A stretch of 63,342 nt of DNA from a virus (lineage: Duplodnaviria; Caudoviricetes), in the IMG/VR virus record IMGVR_UViG_3300042549_000809, positions 1-63,342 of that record. One strand, given 5' to 3'. Positions 36,631 through 46,541 of the stretch are shown here, one piece after another. Every line of letters begins with the position of its first letter. Position 1 is the stretch's first letter. Both the position numbers and the translations under genes were made by a program. The notes beneath the pieces are model-generated. The model worked only from the letters and a program-made list of their open reading frames with translations, did no database searches and was not told the DNA's origin.

Positions 36631-38019
36631 TTATTGTGTTAAGTCGTACAGACCAATCATTCCCCACGAATCGCCAGTGGGTGTAGCATCTAGCGTTCTG
36701 ATTGCCAGTGTAAAAACGTCGCTTACCCCCGCAATACTAGCGCCTAGCTGTAAATCCCAGTTGTACCCCGGCTGTACTTCCCCGGCAGAGCGGCTCTGGC
36801 TAGTAGAAGACACATACTCATGCGTCATGACTTCACCACCTGTTAACGCTGTGGCTGTTTGGTCGTACTCTACATTAGAGTCGGTAATAACAGGTACATA
36901 AGAAGCCCCTGTTAGGGTAGCGTTTTTAAGTAAAACAACTTCGTAATACTGAGTAACGGTAGGCATAACTTGCGCCCTACTGACTAGTACCACCGCCCCT
37001 TCCCGCCCCGGAGCAAGACGTACTGATATAAGCGGGACAAAGGTAGTACTAAACCCTGTACGCTTAGTTGTTCTCGACGCTACGTGCTCACTGGATGTCT
37101 GCTCATACCCGCCCATACTAATAACGGAAGAGCAAATCTGTTTCATTGCCGACGTAGACGCAGTAGCCGCCGTATTGGTAATCTCGTACCGTACCGGCAG
37201 AATAGCCGTGGTCATATACACAGCAGTTTGAATATTGTCGTTATGGAAGATGTGGCAAATCTGTGGCTGGCCGTCTACAAAAAATCCGCACCGGACATCA
37301 CCCGTACCGAGCCACTCAAAGTCCATATACAGAATTTGGTTTTTGGTCAAATCAAGTACACGACCGCTTGGCCCAGTACCATCCATCGGGTCTACATTCC
37401 ACTCAGCTTGGTTTACTGTGCGAATATCGCTAGGTGTGCCGGGAGTAGGAAGCGAACTAGACCGTAAAACAAAAGATATGGTGGAATCATTCTGCTGTAA
37501 AAATGTACCATTCTGTGTATTAAAATACCCAACCCGTTGGCGTAGTCCCATCTTAGGACTGCCCATTACAAACGTAGCAAGGAACGTCAAACCTTTACCG
37601 GGCTGATATGGGAAGCTACGAAACGTCTGCCGTACAACTTCTGAGCCATTAGCTGCGGTGACGCTCATCTGCACTGACGACTCATTAGGCAAGTACGTAA
37701 TAGTACCGCCTGTAGTTAGGCTTGTATCGAACTGATTATCCGCAGCGAACCGGTTCTGACTATCAAACAGTGTGTATGGTGTAGTTGTAACCAAACGCCC
37801 AAACGCATCTAAGGCATTGTCAGGGAACGTAATCGGCAAAGAGGAAGAACTAGCCATAAGCTGACCTACTAAGTTATCTAGCTGATTAAAATACAACCGC
37901 AGAATGCTGTTTAACTGATCGTGATACTCCCTGTTGTACGCCAGTGGGGCGTAGGGTAGCGCAGGGGCTCTTGTCCTAGTGAGGTCAAATACTTCAGTTG
38001 TAACGATCTGAGTGCTCAT
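36631..38019 (-). CDS. Tail-associated protein, short N-terminal anchor + beta-rich domain
   Basis: APALP.AP..Y.....ILRLYFNQLD then DAFGRL... beta-rich region. Confidence 0.6.
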   Translation of the reverse strand: MSTQIVTTEVFDLTRTRAPALPYAPLAYNREYHDQLNSILRLYFNQLDNLVGQLMASSSSLPITFPDNALDAFGRLVTTTPYTLFDSQNRFAADNQFDTSLTTGGTITYLPNESSVQMSVTAANGSEVVRQTFRSFPYQPGKGLTFLATFVMGSPKMGLRQRVGYFNTQNGTFLQQNDSTISFVLRSSSLPTPGTPSDIRTVNQAEWNVDPMDGTGPSGRVLDLTKNQILYMDFEWLGTGDVRCGFFVDGQPQICHIFHNDNIQTAVYMTTAILPVRYEITNTAATASTSAMKQICSSVISMGGYEQTSSEHVASRTTKRTGFSTTFVPLISVRLAPGREGAVVLVSRAQVMPTVTQYYEVVLLKNATLTGASYVPVITDSNVEYDQTATALTGGEVMTHEYVSSTSQSRSAGEVQPGYNWDLQLGASIAGVSDVFTLAIRTLDATPTGDSWGMIGLYDLTQ

Positions 38020-40163
38020 CTTCTACCGTCTGGTCTAAGGTCGATTCGCGGAGAGCCCATCTGCCACTGCGTTCCTAGCTGGTTGGATGAAATACGCATC
38101 GCCATCTGCCGCCCTCGAACACGAATATAAATCTGCCCGTTGTATGTGTCTAAATCTACGGGGTATGTTTGAGTAGCTGTAACCGCTTCCGCAGCATCGA
38201 AGTTTACACCGCCAACCGATTTGGGGTCGTTATATCCAGAACCAGAGTTCTTCAATGGCAGCAACTGCATCGTCAAGCTAGGTATAGTGTCGCCACTCGA
38301 CCCACGGAACGTCAAATCAGGCAGTAAGCGCCATGCAAACGCGAAGTTATGTCCGTCACCAATATCGAACTGCGAAGTCGTAATAGTCGCCACAATTGGT
38401 AATGGGGCCTCTAACATACCATCATCCACACCTAGTTCATGGTTCACAATGTTGTTGGCGTAAGTAGCAGCAAGTGGGTATTCCCGTAAGCCTGTATCTA
38501 GCCATGCGCTTCGCGCCATCGTGCCGTAGTACCAGATATCTTCTGCGTAGTTGTACACCACGTAGCGGTCAACCGTAAACGAATTGGTGGAGCAGTAGAA
38601 GAACCAGACCTCGTTAAAGCCTTCGTTCGTACTGGCAAACACTTGGCTGAACTGCGAGATATTGATGTCGCTGTAGATGAACTGGCGCAAGTCGCAACGC
38701 AGAGTCTTCACCGTACCATCGTACATGTAGAACTTATCCACACCCATCCAGTAGGTGACGCCAGACGCCAGAGCCGCCGCATTAGGGCCAGCGATAGACA
38801 CATTGTCACCGAGAAGCTGTGTGCTCCAGATAAACGGAGGGCCTAAGTATTGCAGCGAATACAACGTGGAATCTGTCCAAACTAGAATCTCTTGCCGACT
38901 CTGAAGCACCGACACGATGGTAGAGCCATGCGACAGACGCACGCTACCGGCTTGGTTAGTAATCGCTGGAGTCCATTGGGTTACGGATTCTTGGTCTGAC
39001 CAGCGGATAAGCATCGGGTCGAACACCGTACTGTAGATGTCGTTAGTGCCGAATGCAAGCACGAACCTAGAAGCATCAGAGACGATAAAGGTGTTCACAG
39101 CCAGCGGCACGTTACTCGCCCCGGCCAAGGTCTGAACCGCTTTACCCCGATTAGTTAGCCCGTCAGCTATAGGTTGCCAGTAATATAGAGCGCCGCCACG
39201 AGGTGCATAGATCAGATTTTCGCCGAAGTTAGAGGCAGTCCAAAGGCGGATGTTCGCACTTAATGGATCACCAATACCCCACGTACCCATACCCCATTCG
39301 CCGATACCCCAGCCTTCAGTCGGCACTTGGATTGCTGAGCCCACTGGAATTTGATACTGAACATAGACCGTACCGCCGCCTGTAGCTACAGAAACTGCGG
39401 GGACTGCGGAAGTAATATAGTAGTTATCTACGTCAACGATGGAAGTTACCGTATATTCGCCGACGATTGTGACGCCACCTACAGCAGAGGCATTGGAGAA
39501 AGTAACAAAGTCCCCTACCGACACCCCGTTAGCTACGTCAGTAACTAAGACTAAATTCGGGTTAGTCAGGTTCGTTGTGAACGGATTAATGAGCGTCTGG
39601 GTGTAGTTAAAGTACGTAAAAGCAACCGTACCGCCACCCGTTACCGCCGACGTAGCCGCCGTAGTTACCACAATTGTGAACGTGCCAGAGGTAGGCACTG
39701 TAGCTACAACGTGGCGCGTATTTAGTTCCGCCGCTGGAATACCGCCTACTGCCGAAGCGCCTGAGAAAAATACGATGTCCCCGGGGTATAAACCATGTGC
39801 AGCACTAGCTACTTCCACCGAAGTCGGCGTGGTTAGATTAGTTGTAAACGGGTTGGTTAGTGTACCTGTGGTGTCAACGCTACGAAGCGGTGTAATGTCG
39901 TAATAAGTACCGCCATTCTCAACGTAATACTTTAAGTTAGTGCCAACCCCGAGGAAGTTACGACCAAGCAAAGTGATCCAGTTCCACAACGAGCGGCACA
40001 CACCCAAGAACGTAGCACCTGAAATCCGTTGCCAACCACCAATCTTTTCAGGCGTACCTTGGCGAAAGCGAATTTTATCGGACTCGTAATAACCCCCTTC
40101 GTTGGTGTACCGCGTGTTCTCGCGGTTTACCCCGCTTTTCAGCACAAGTTTTTGTAATGGCAT
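38016..40163 (-). CDS. Tail nozzle / head-closure protein (P22 gp10-like)
   Basis: 715 aa beta-propeller-like; IRWSDQE, N..FNEVW.FY; position. Confidence 0.65.
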   Translation of the reverse strand: MPLQKLVLKSGVNRENTRYTNEGGYYESDKIRFRQGTPEKIGGWQRISGATFLGVCRSLWNWITLLGRNFLGVGTNLKYYVENGGTYYDITPLRSVDTTGTLTNPFTTNLTTPTSVEVASAAHGLYPGDIVFFSGASAVGGIPAAELNTRHVVATVPTSGTFTIVVTTAATSAVTGGGTVAFTYFNYTQTLINPFTTNLTNPNLVLVTDVANGVSVGDFVTFSNASAVGGVTIVGEYTVTSIVDVDNYYITSAVPAVSVATGGGTVYVQYQIPVGSAIQVPTEGWGIGEWGMGTWGIGDPLSANIRLWTASNFGENLIYAPRGGALYYWQPIADGLTNRGKAVQTLAGASNVPLAVNTFIVSDASRFVLAFGTNDIYSTVFDPMLIRWSDQESVTQWTPAITNQAGSVRLSHGSTIVSVLQSRQEILVWTDSTLYSLQYLGPPFIWSTQLLGDNVSIAGPNAAALASGVTYWMGVDKFYMYDGTVKTLRCDLRQFIYSDINISQFSQVFASTNEGFNEVWFFYCSTNSFTVDRYVVYNYAEDIWYYGTMARSAWLDTGLREYPLAATYANNIVNHELGVDDGMLEAPLPIVATITTSQFDIGDGHNFAFAWRLLPDLTFRGSSGDTIPSLTMQLLPLKNSGSGYNDPKSVGGVNFDAAEAVTATQTYPVDLDTYNGQIYIRVRGRQMAMRISSNQLGTQWQMGSPRIDLRPDGRR

Positions 40164-40166
40164 TTT

Positions 40167-40661
40167 TTACCCGTTTAGGTACATTGCACGTTCATCTTTA
40201 CGGCGGGTTTCCAAGCCCTTCTGGACTATACCACCCGCCATTCTGTATAGCAGAAAAGCATCACTAGCGCCACCAAAATCGCCACGGTTGTGCCTAGCAC
40301 GGATCGACGAACTCTTTAACCGGCCTAGCCCAGCATTGAATGCAAAACTGACAAGTGCGTTGTACCTGCCTTGAGTAAGCCCAGTAGGGCACAGACGTAA
40401 AACACCTCTTTCAAACCGAGCAAGGTCTGCTTTAAGAATCTCATCCACTTCGGCATTCGTTAGCCCCCTGTCCCACTCTGCTGGACACTTTAATAAGCCC
40501 GCAGCTTTAGCTTCTTTGCGCTGCACAAACGTCATTTCCAGATGCGCTTTCGGCGCTATCAGATGCCCGACCCCCGTAGTCCACAACAGCACACTGTCCA
40601 AGTAAGGCTTCTTCCTTACCCCCTCGTGGTACTTGAGTTCATGCAGGGCGGTGAAGTTCAT
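40167..40661 (-). CDS. Endolysin, GH24 lysozyme
   Basis: HEG....Y.D....T.G.GH triad; ALVSFAFN.G; GL..RR..E. Confidence 0.9.
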   Translation of the reverse strand: MNFTALHELKYHEGVRKKPYLDSVLLWTTGVGHLIAPKAHLEMTFVQRKEAKAAGLLKCPAEWDRGLTNAEVDEILKADLARFERGVLRLCPTGLTQGRYNALVSFAFNAGLGRLKSSSIRARHNRGDFGGASDAFLLYRMAGGIVQKGLETRRKDERAMYLNG

Positions 40662-41143
40662 TTTTTGCTAAATGCTTGTGTCCCAAACCAAAACGAAATT
40701 ACAGACGCCCAAATGGTCTGCGTATCGTCGTCCCAAACTAAGTCCATCATGTCGTGGAAAGAAGCGTTCATCGTCCATGCGTACCAGACACCAGCAATAT
40801 CGACAGCTACGAGCAGGAAGAACAGGCCGTACGTAATAGTAGGCCGCACCATCGCACGAGCATTAATCACCCACTGGGATGCGCCTTTGCCGATCTCGAT
40901 GTCGTGGGCGTAGAGAGACTGCCGTTCAGCCGCTTGGGTCTGAATACTAATCTGGTCGGTACGGATTTCCTCAATATGCTCCTGCGCTTGGAAGCCAGCC
41001 TTCTGCATCTCCATCTGCGCCTGCACCTGAATCTGAGCCATTGCCAGTTCGTGCTTCTTGTCCTGCTTATCTTGGAAGAAGTCCAGTAACTTGGGTAGAC
41101 CGCCGCTTAAAAACGAGATCAAAGTTGTCAGTAAGGTCATCAT
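40658..41143 (-). CDS. Putative holin
   Basis: TM segments, VRP.ITY, FWFG; adjacent to endolysin; MM start. Confidence 0.65.
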   Translation of the reverse strand: MMTLLTTLISFLSGGLPKLLDFFQDKQDKKHELAMAQIQVQAQMEMQKAGFQAQEHIEEIRTDQISIQTQAAERQSLYAHDIEIGKGASQWVINARAMVRPTITYGLFFLLVAVDIAGVWYAWTMNASFHDMMDLVWDDDTQTIWASVISFWFGTQAFSKK

Positions 41144-41676
41144 CAGTCTTTACCCCCGTTTTTAAACATCCACCACACAGCGTACATAATAAAGCTACTG
41201 ATCGACACGCCGAACACCACGGCCAACCACTCTTGGATATTCTGGATACGCTGCTCTTTCTTGCGCTCAATATCCCGCAGTCGCATACGCTCTAGCCTAG
41301 CTTCTTCTTCTATTGCATCTCGCCGCTCTTGAATGATGGCATCACGCCGCTGGCACATCTCTTCGTACAGACCAGACTCGTTACCACTGCCGTAGATCAG
41401 AGCCTCACGGAGTTCCACTTCCAGCTTGAACATCTGACGAGAAGCAAACATAGCGTCAAGTGCCTCGGCAGTAGCATCTTTCTGTACCGATTTACCTAAC
41501 TTCTTGTCGTGCTCTTGCTGGACTACCGCTGCTTGAATCTCACCCTGCGCTGTAAAGAACGCACTGATGTCGTGGTAGCACTCCTGCACTTCTTTGCCGA
41601 GCGCAATAGCTTCCTTAACCCCAGCAACAGCCGCTTTGGCTACTGCAAATGCCGCACCGATTGTTATTGGGTCCAT
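41143..41676 (-). CDS. Membrane-anchored coiled-coil protein
   Basis: MDPITI start, coiled coil, C-terminal TM helix. Confidence 0.7.
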   Translation of the reverse strand: MDPITIGAAFAVAKAAVAGVKEAIALGKEVQECYHDISAFFTAQGEIQAAVVQQEHDKKLGKSVQKDATAEALDAMFASRQMFKLEVELREALIYGSGNESGLYEEMCQRRDAIIQERRDAIEEEARLERMRLRDIERKKEQRIQNIQEWLAVVFGVSISSFIMYAVWWMFKNGGKD

Positions 41677-41683
41677 ACATTAT

Positions 41684-41923
41684 TTACTCCGGTGCTGGTT
41701 CCACAGGCACAACTTCCTCGGCTACAACTTCTTCGACCACTGGAGCCGCGAAGCTACCGTCTTCTTGCTTAATCCACCCGGCTTGTACATCGTCCGCAAC
41801 GGGGCACAATGTAGCTACAATCGCAGGTGCAAAGCAATCCTCGATCATAAAACCATCAATAGGTGTGACGATCTCAGCCACAGCGTTATCTACAATTCGT
41901 CCGTATCTCATAATTTTCACCAC
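41684..41923 (-). CDS. Putative tail fibre assembly protein
   Basis: Small, follows fibre genes; V..GW....G.F..P. Confidence 0.55.
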   Translation of the reverse strand: MVKIMRYGRIVDNAVAEIVTPIDGFMIEDCFAPAIVATLCPVADDVQAGWIKQEDGSFAAPVVEEVVAEEVVPVEPAPE

Positions 41924-42657
41924 TCCACAATGACTAAACCTTGACCGCCAAGACCAGCAGAAGAACCACCGCCTCCGCCGGGAATACCGCCCGCCCCAGA
42001 AGAGTATGACCCCGCCGCGCTACCATTAATGCCGTTTTGCCCCGAGCCTCCGCCGCCACCGGTACCAATAAAGTCAATTGAAAATTGCTGTAACCCAGAA
42101 ACAGGGGGGTATGCGCCTTCAATTGTTGCATTCCCCGTAAACCCGCCGGTCCCCAAAAACCCACTAGACGCGCCAACTAATGTGCTACCTGCCCCCGCCC
42201 CTGCGCCGCCTTGAGCTGGTTGGGTTGCACCCGCTGTATTACCATTACCAAATATTGACGCTGCCCCTCCGCCTTCGCCGGCACCGCCTGAACCACCCCC
42301 GGAGTAGTTGATATCTCCGCCAATACCTGACCCATTAGTACCCGTTGCTGTTGCCCCTCCAGTAGCCGAGCAATACGAACCAAAGGAGGATGTACCGCCT
42401 GTAGTAGTTGTGGCATTACCACCAGCGCCAACTGTTACTGCAATGGAGGTAATACCTGTTAGGTCATAAATGGTTTCCATTGAAAACCCACCGCCGCTCC
42501 CTGCGTTATAACCGCCGCCACCCCACACACGAGCGCGGACTTTAGAGATGCCTGTAGGCACAGTCCACGAACCAGAGGCGAAATACATCTGAACTTGGCC
42601 GGTACCAAATACGCCGGAGATGGGGTTATACCCTGTTGAAATCGTTTGGATAGCCAT
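41917..42657 (-). CDS. Glycine-rich tail fibre protein, paralog 2
   Basis: SGSWTVPTGI...WGGGG, GGTSSFG. Confidence 0.7.
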   Translation of the reverse strand: MAIQTISTGYNPISGVFGTGQVQMYFASGSWTVPTGISKVRARVWGGGGYNAGSGGGFSMETIYDLTGITSIAVTVGAGGNATTTTGGTSSFGSYCSATGGATATGTNGSGIGGDINYSGGGSGGAGEGGGAASIFGNGNTAGATQPAQGGAGAGAGSTLVGASSGFLGTGGFTGNATIEGAYPPVSGLQQFSIDFIGTGGGGGSGQNGINGSAAGSYSSGAGGIPGGGGGSSAGLGGQGLVIVEW

Positions 42658-42660
42658 TTT

Positions 42661-43431
42661 TTACCACTCCACAATAACTAAACCACTACCGCCGGCCGAA
42701 GTTTGACCGCCCCCGCCGCCGGGTGAACCGCCCGCACTATAACTTCCACCGGCACCGCCGCCGCCACCATTTATTCCGCATTGCGCTTTTGCCCCGCCGC
42801 CGCCAGTACCGATAAAATCAATAGAAAATACGGGTAATAATCCTGATGTCGGGAGATACGATATAGTGCCCGCAACCGAGTTATAGTGCCCGCCAGTGCC
42901 TAAAAACCCGTTACCCCCGGAAGTATAAGCCCCGCCTGTCGCTAGTCCCGCGCCACCACCTGATGCCCCATTAAATCCGTTAGTGCCAGTAGCAATAGCT
43001 GCTGCGCCGCCATTACCGAATAAAGACGCTGCACCTCCACCTGCAACGGATGTAGCGTTACCTAAACCGCCTGAATAATTAATGTCCCCACCAGAACCCG
43101 CGCCCACTGCGCCTGCGGTCACTGCCCCTCCAGTAGCCGAGCAATATGAGCCGAAAGAAGAGGTGCCGCCTGTAGTAGATATAGAACTGTTGCCGCCAAT
43201 GCCAACTGTTACTGCAATAGAAGTAACGCCTGTTAGATCATAAATAGTGCGTAAAGAAAACCCACCGCCGCTCCCGTAACCGTAACCGCCACCACCCCAC
43301 AGCCTCACACGCACTTTAGAGATGCCGGTGGGAACAGTCCATGAGCCGGAAGTGCCGAAGACTCGCACCTGCCCTGTGCCAAAAACCCCGGTGATAGGGT
43401 TAAAGGCTTGGGAGATTTCTTGGATCGCCAT
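42661..43431 (-). CDS. Glycine-rich tail fibre protein, paralog 1
   Basis: Same motifs as 41917..42657. Confidence 0.7.
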   Translation of the reverse strand: MAIQEISQAFNPITGVFGTGQVRVFGTSGSWTVPTGISKVRVRLWGGGGYGYGSGGGFSLRTIYDLTGVTSIAVTVGIGGNSSISTTGGTSSFGSYCSATGGAVTAGAVGAGSGGDINYSGGLGNATSVAGGGAASLFGNGGAAAIATGTNGFNGASGGGAGLATGGAYTSGGNGFLGTGGHYNSVAGTISYLPTSGLLPVFSIDFIGTGGGGAKAQCGINGGGGGAGGSYSAGGSPGGGGGQTSAGGSGLVIVEW

Positions 43432-43433
43432 TG

Positions 43434-46217
43434 TTAATCCTTAATCATCGTGACTGTTCTACCCGCTGCGGTGCCTTTAACACCAACCGTCACAGGGTTC
43501 TGGAAGTCAAAGCCTTGGAACGCCGTAGTCGTACTGTACTCACTGTTCAGGTTAGCCACACCGTTCGTCTGAATCTGACCCGTACCGCCCGGTGGGCAAT
43601 CAGACACCGCCACGCCAGCTAAGTAGTAACCGCTAGACTGTGAGATGTTCAACGGTGTTGTCGGCGCAGACCCTGTAACGCCTGCCGTAATATCTTGAGA
43701 CGCATTGAATGGGTACGCATTCACGATGGCAAATTGACCAATATTACCGGAGTTAATCCAAGCAATAACCGCGTTGTAGCCGTACGAAGGTGTGATACAG
43801 GCTTGCATACCGTAAGAACTAGAGGTAGTGATACCGGACAACAAGCCGTAAGGATAGGCACTATTTGAATTTACGCTATTCGTTCCAGTAAATCCGTACA
43901 AATTACCGTTAGCGTTATTAGCGCCAAAGAATAAAAATGTCCCCGCGCCGGTTGTACCCACTGCGCCGTTACCTTGCGACCACGAGGTTGACATATTGGC
44001 CGAATTGTTGCTAATGGGGAATGACGCGGTTAAATTAGTGCCCAACGTATATAACTGCAAAGTTGTAGCACTGTTAGCTGCCATGTGCACAGCAACATTG
44101 GCCGAATTCATAGCTACTTGGCACGGTATACTTGTATTACTGGCGGCACCCAAAGTAATTGGGCTAAGCCAAACAGGGTAATTATTAACACCGGTTTGAT
44201 AGACCCCCGAAATTCTAGCCCCGGATGAGTATACCCAAGATATTAAAAAAATACCGTCAGGGCCTGTAGCCGCAGATATAGTTGTTACACCAGTATCACC
44301 TGAAAAGCCAGCTTGAGGAAAAATTAGCGTCGCGGTATTGTCGTACACGTTATAAGAAGGGTTTGCGGCGGTGCTTGTGTAAACAATAGCGAACCTGTCG
44401 TTCGGTAACCCGATAAGATCAAAACGGGGGGAAGCGTCTGTGGATAAAATAGTTGTGGCAATTAACCCGTAACTAGAAGAATACAAAGATAAAGTAACAG
44501 AAGCCGCCCCTAAAGTTTGGTACCCGACTACAATTTTACCGCTTGCTAATGCTGCAATTCGCACCCGCGCAGCCGCACCGGTAGACCCCGTACCCACAGA
44601 AACAGTAGTCTGTAAAATTCCGGTTAACGAGTACACGTTAAAACTAACTGCACCGGTCGAAGCATTTTTATACACAATGGCAAATCGGCCATCTGGCAGT
44701 GTAGTGCTTTTAATTCCATCAACAGCACCACTATCAACTGCGCCGGGAGCTAACGTATAATTATTACCCGTAGACATTACTTGATTTAACCCAAGAGTTT
44801 CAGTATTAGTTGCTAAATACGCGGCCTTCATAGGCAGTGATGTTGATCGCGCATACGCGCCAGCACTGGAAGAAACTGTGCCAACTGGAGAAGTAGTTGA
44901 TACCGAGGACAATAAGTTGTAAGCCGTTAAACTTATTTTAGAATTATTCATTCCAGTTACTTGAACTGTTGTAAGAGAAGGGTCAAGTGTTCCCCCATGA
45001 TAAATACTTACATACCCGGAAATTTCAACAATGCCTACTCTCGGATATGGGTAGTTATATATAATTTGAGGGAAAGGTATAGGCGCAGGATATACAGCAA
45101 CTCCGGCGGAAGTATAAAACATATAATACATTCCGTAACCGCCGTCGTTCATAAAATAAACAAACCCCCCAGAACTTAATTCTTTAAGCTGTAAAAATAA
45201 GTTAACGGTCGCACCGGGGATCATGCTAGTTACAGGTACAGTAACAACCGCGCCTAAAACATTTCCAATAGGGAGCAGTCTAAAGGCGTAAGATAGCGTA
45301 GCACTAGTTGTACGGTAGCCGATAACGAAAGTATCGTCGGATAGGCAAACTACACTACATGCACGCGGGGCACCGGTAATGCTTAGTGCTTGCGAAGTAA
45401 TCCCGCCACCGCTAGAGTTATATACAGAGAAAAGTATCTGAGTAGCGGCGCGGCACCATGCAATACCAACACTATTATCACTTCGAGCCGCAATTCCTAT
45501 ACCTTGATACGGCGCGTTGGCTATGTCAACAGTAACCCACGTATAAGCCCCCACCCCCGTGGCTCCGAAGGCACGTAAATAAATATTTTGGAGCGCGAGC
45601 CCTTGCACTGCGAGCGCAAAACCGCCGTTTGGTAATGCGCAACCGTATAATGGTTGATTAGTGTTTACTGTTGTGGGGAACGTAGCATCGGAAGCGTACG
45701 CGGTAGTAAGCGTTCCAGTATTCGTGTAGATAGCAAACGCAACTTTATTGCTAGAAGCATCAGGCCAATATGCAACAAAACCGCCGCCAGTAAGCGCAAC
45801 AACGCTAATAGGTGCTGGCGAAACTAAACTACTATTAGCTGCCATTTGTACTTCAGCTACAACTTGTACGTTGTTAATATCTACAATTCTAAAAGCCGGT
45901 TTTACATTTTCGTTTGCGTAAACAATAACGATATTACCGTCAGTAAGTTTAGCGGCGCATTCGCCTGATGAACCCCCTACTTTTGTAAGGTCAGGGCCAT
46001 AGTAATTAACCGGCGTTGAAGTACCGCCAACCGTACCACCGTAGATAGAGGATACTGGCGTTACGCTAAAGTTAGCAAAAGTACTGGCTGGAGGAAGGCC
46101 AAAGTCACCGTTCTTCTGGTACACATAGTCGCCTGCGCTGAAGCCGGTTGTGCTCGGTACGGTGATGAAATCTGGGCTAAGACTGCCGCTTGGTGCTGGT
46201 GTAATTGATCTTGACAT
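43434..46217 (-). CDS. Large beta-rich tail spike / receptor-binding protein
   Basis: Repeated L..G.F...Y blades; AT-richer core. Confidence 0.6.
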   Translation of the reverse strand: MSRSITPAPSGSLSPDFITVPSTTGFSAGDYVYQKNGDFGLPPASTFANFSVTPVSSIYGGTVGGTSTPVNYYGPDLTKVGGSSGECAAKLTDGNIVIVYANENVKPAFRIVDINNVQVVAEVQMAANSSLVSPAPISVVALTGGGFVAYWPDASSNKVAFAIYTNTGTLTTAYASDATFPTTVNTNQPLYGCALPNGGFALAVQGLALQNIYLRAFGATGVGAYTWVTVDIANAPYQGIGIAARSDNSVGIAWCRAATQILFSVYNSSGGGITSQALSITGAPRACSVVCLSDDTFVIGYRTTSATLSYAFRLLPIGNVLGAVVTVPVTSMIPGATVNLFLQLKELSSGGFVYFMNDGGYGMYYMFYTSAGVAVYPAPIPFPQIIYNYPYPRVGIVEISGYVSIYHGGTLDPSLTTVQVTGMNNSKISLTAYNLLSSVSTTSPVGTVSSSAGAYARSTSLPMKAAYLATNTETLGLNQVMSTGNNYTLAPGAVDSGAVDGIKSTTLPDGRFAIVYKNASTGAVSFNVYSLTGILQTTVSVGTGSTGAAARVRIAALASGKIVVGYQTLGAASVTLSLYSSSYGLIATTILSTDASPRFDLIGLPNDRFAIVYTSTAANPSYNVYDNTATLIFPQAGFSGDTGVTTISAATGPDGIFLISWVYSSGARISGVYQTGVNNYPVWLSPITLGAASNTSIPCQVAMNSANVAVHMAANSATTLQLYTLGTNLTASFPISNNSANMSTSWSQGNGAVGTTGAGTFLFFGANNANGNLYGFTGTNSVNSNSAYPYGLLSGITTSSSYGMQACITPSYGYNAVIAWINSGNIGQFAIVNAYPFNASQDITAGVTGSAPTTPLNISQSSGYYLAGVAVSDCPPGGTGQIQTNGVANLNSEYSTTTAFQGFDFQNPVTVGVKGTAAGRTVTMIKD

Positions 46218-46220
46218 GTG

Positions 46221-46532
46221 TTACTCCTCGTATCCATAAACGCTAACACTCAGGCCAGCGACACTTGCGTAAACTACCACGTTCTCGGCTGCATTGGCGA
46301 CCAAACCACCGCGCTCTAACACACCGTTTCCGGGGATAATCGAATCATACTCAATGTACTCGGCTGTCGTCGGAGTCGCTGTCGCTGAAATAGCCAAACG
46401 CACCGGAATCGCGTAGCCCGTTTGATTCGCAATGCTAACATTGAACACCGCCGCTGTGGCTACCGGCACGGTATAAACCGTCGTTAATGTTGCCGCCGCC
46501 GGAGCAGCTTGACCTAGAAGTTTACCTGCCAT
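46221..46532 (-). CDS. Small tail fibre-associated protein
   Basis: YTVP...N beta-sandwich pattern in the fibre cluster. Confidence 0.6.
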   Translation of the reverse strand: MAGKLLGQAAPAAATLTTVYTVPVATAAVFNVSIANQTGYAIPVRLAISATATPTTAEYIEYDSIIPGNGVLERGGLVANAAENVVVYASVAGLSVSVYGYEE

Positions 46533-46541
46533 GATAATTCC

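Noticed and set aside
41917-43431. Diversity-generating retroelement acting on the fibre paralogs
   Set aside because: No reverse transcriptase; differences are not adenine-specific and both copies are full genes.
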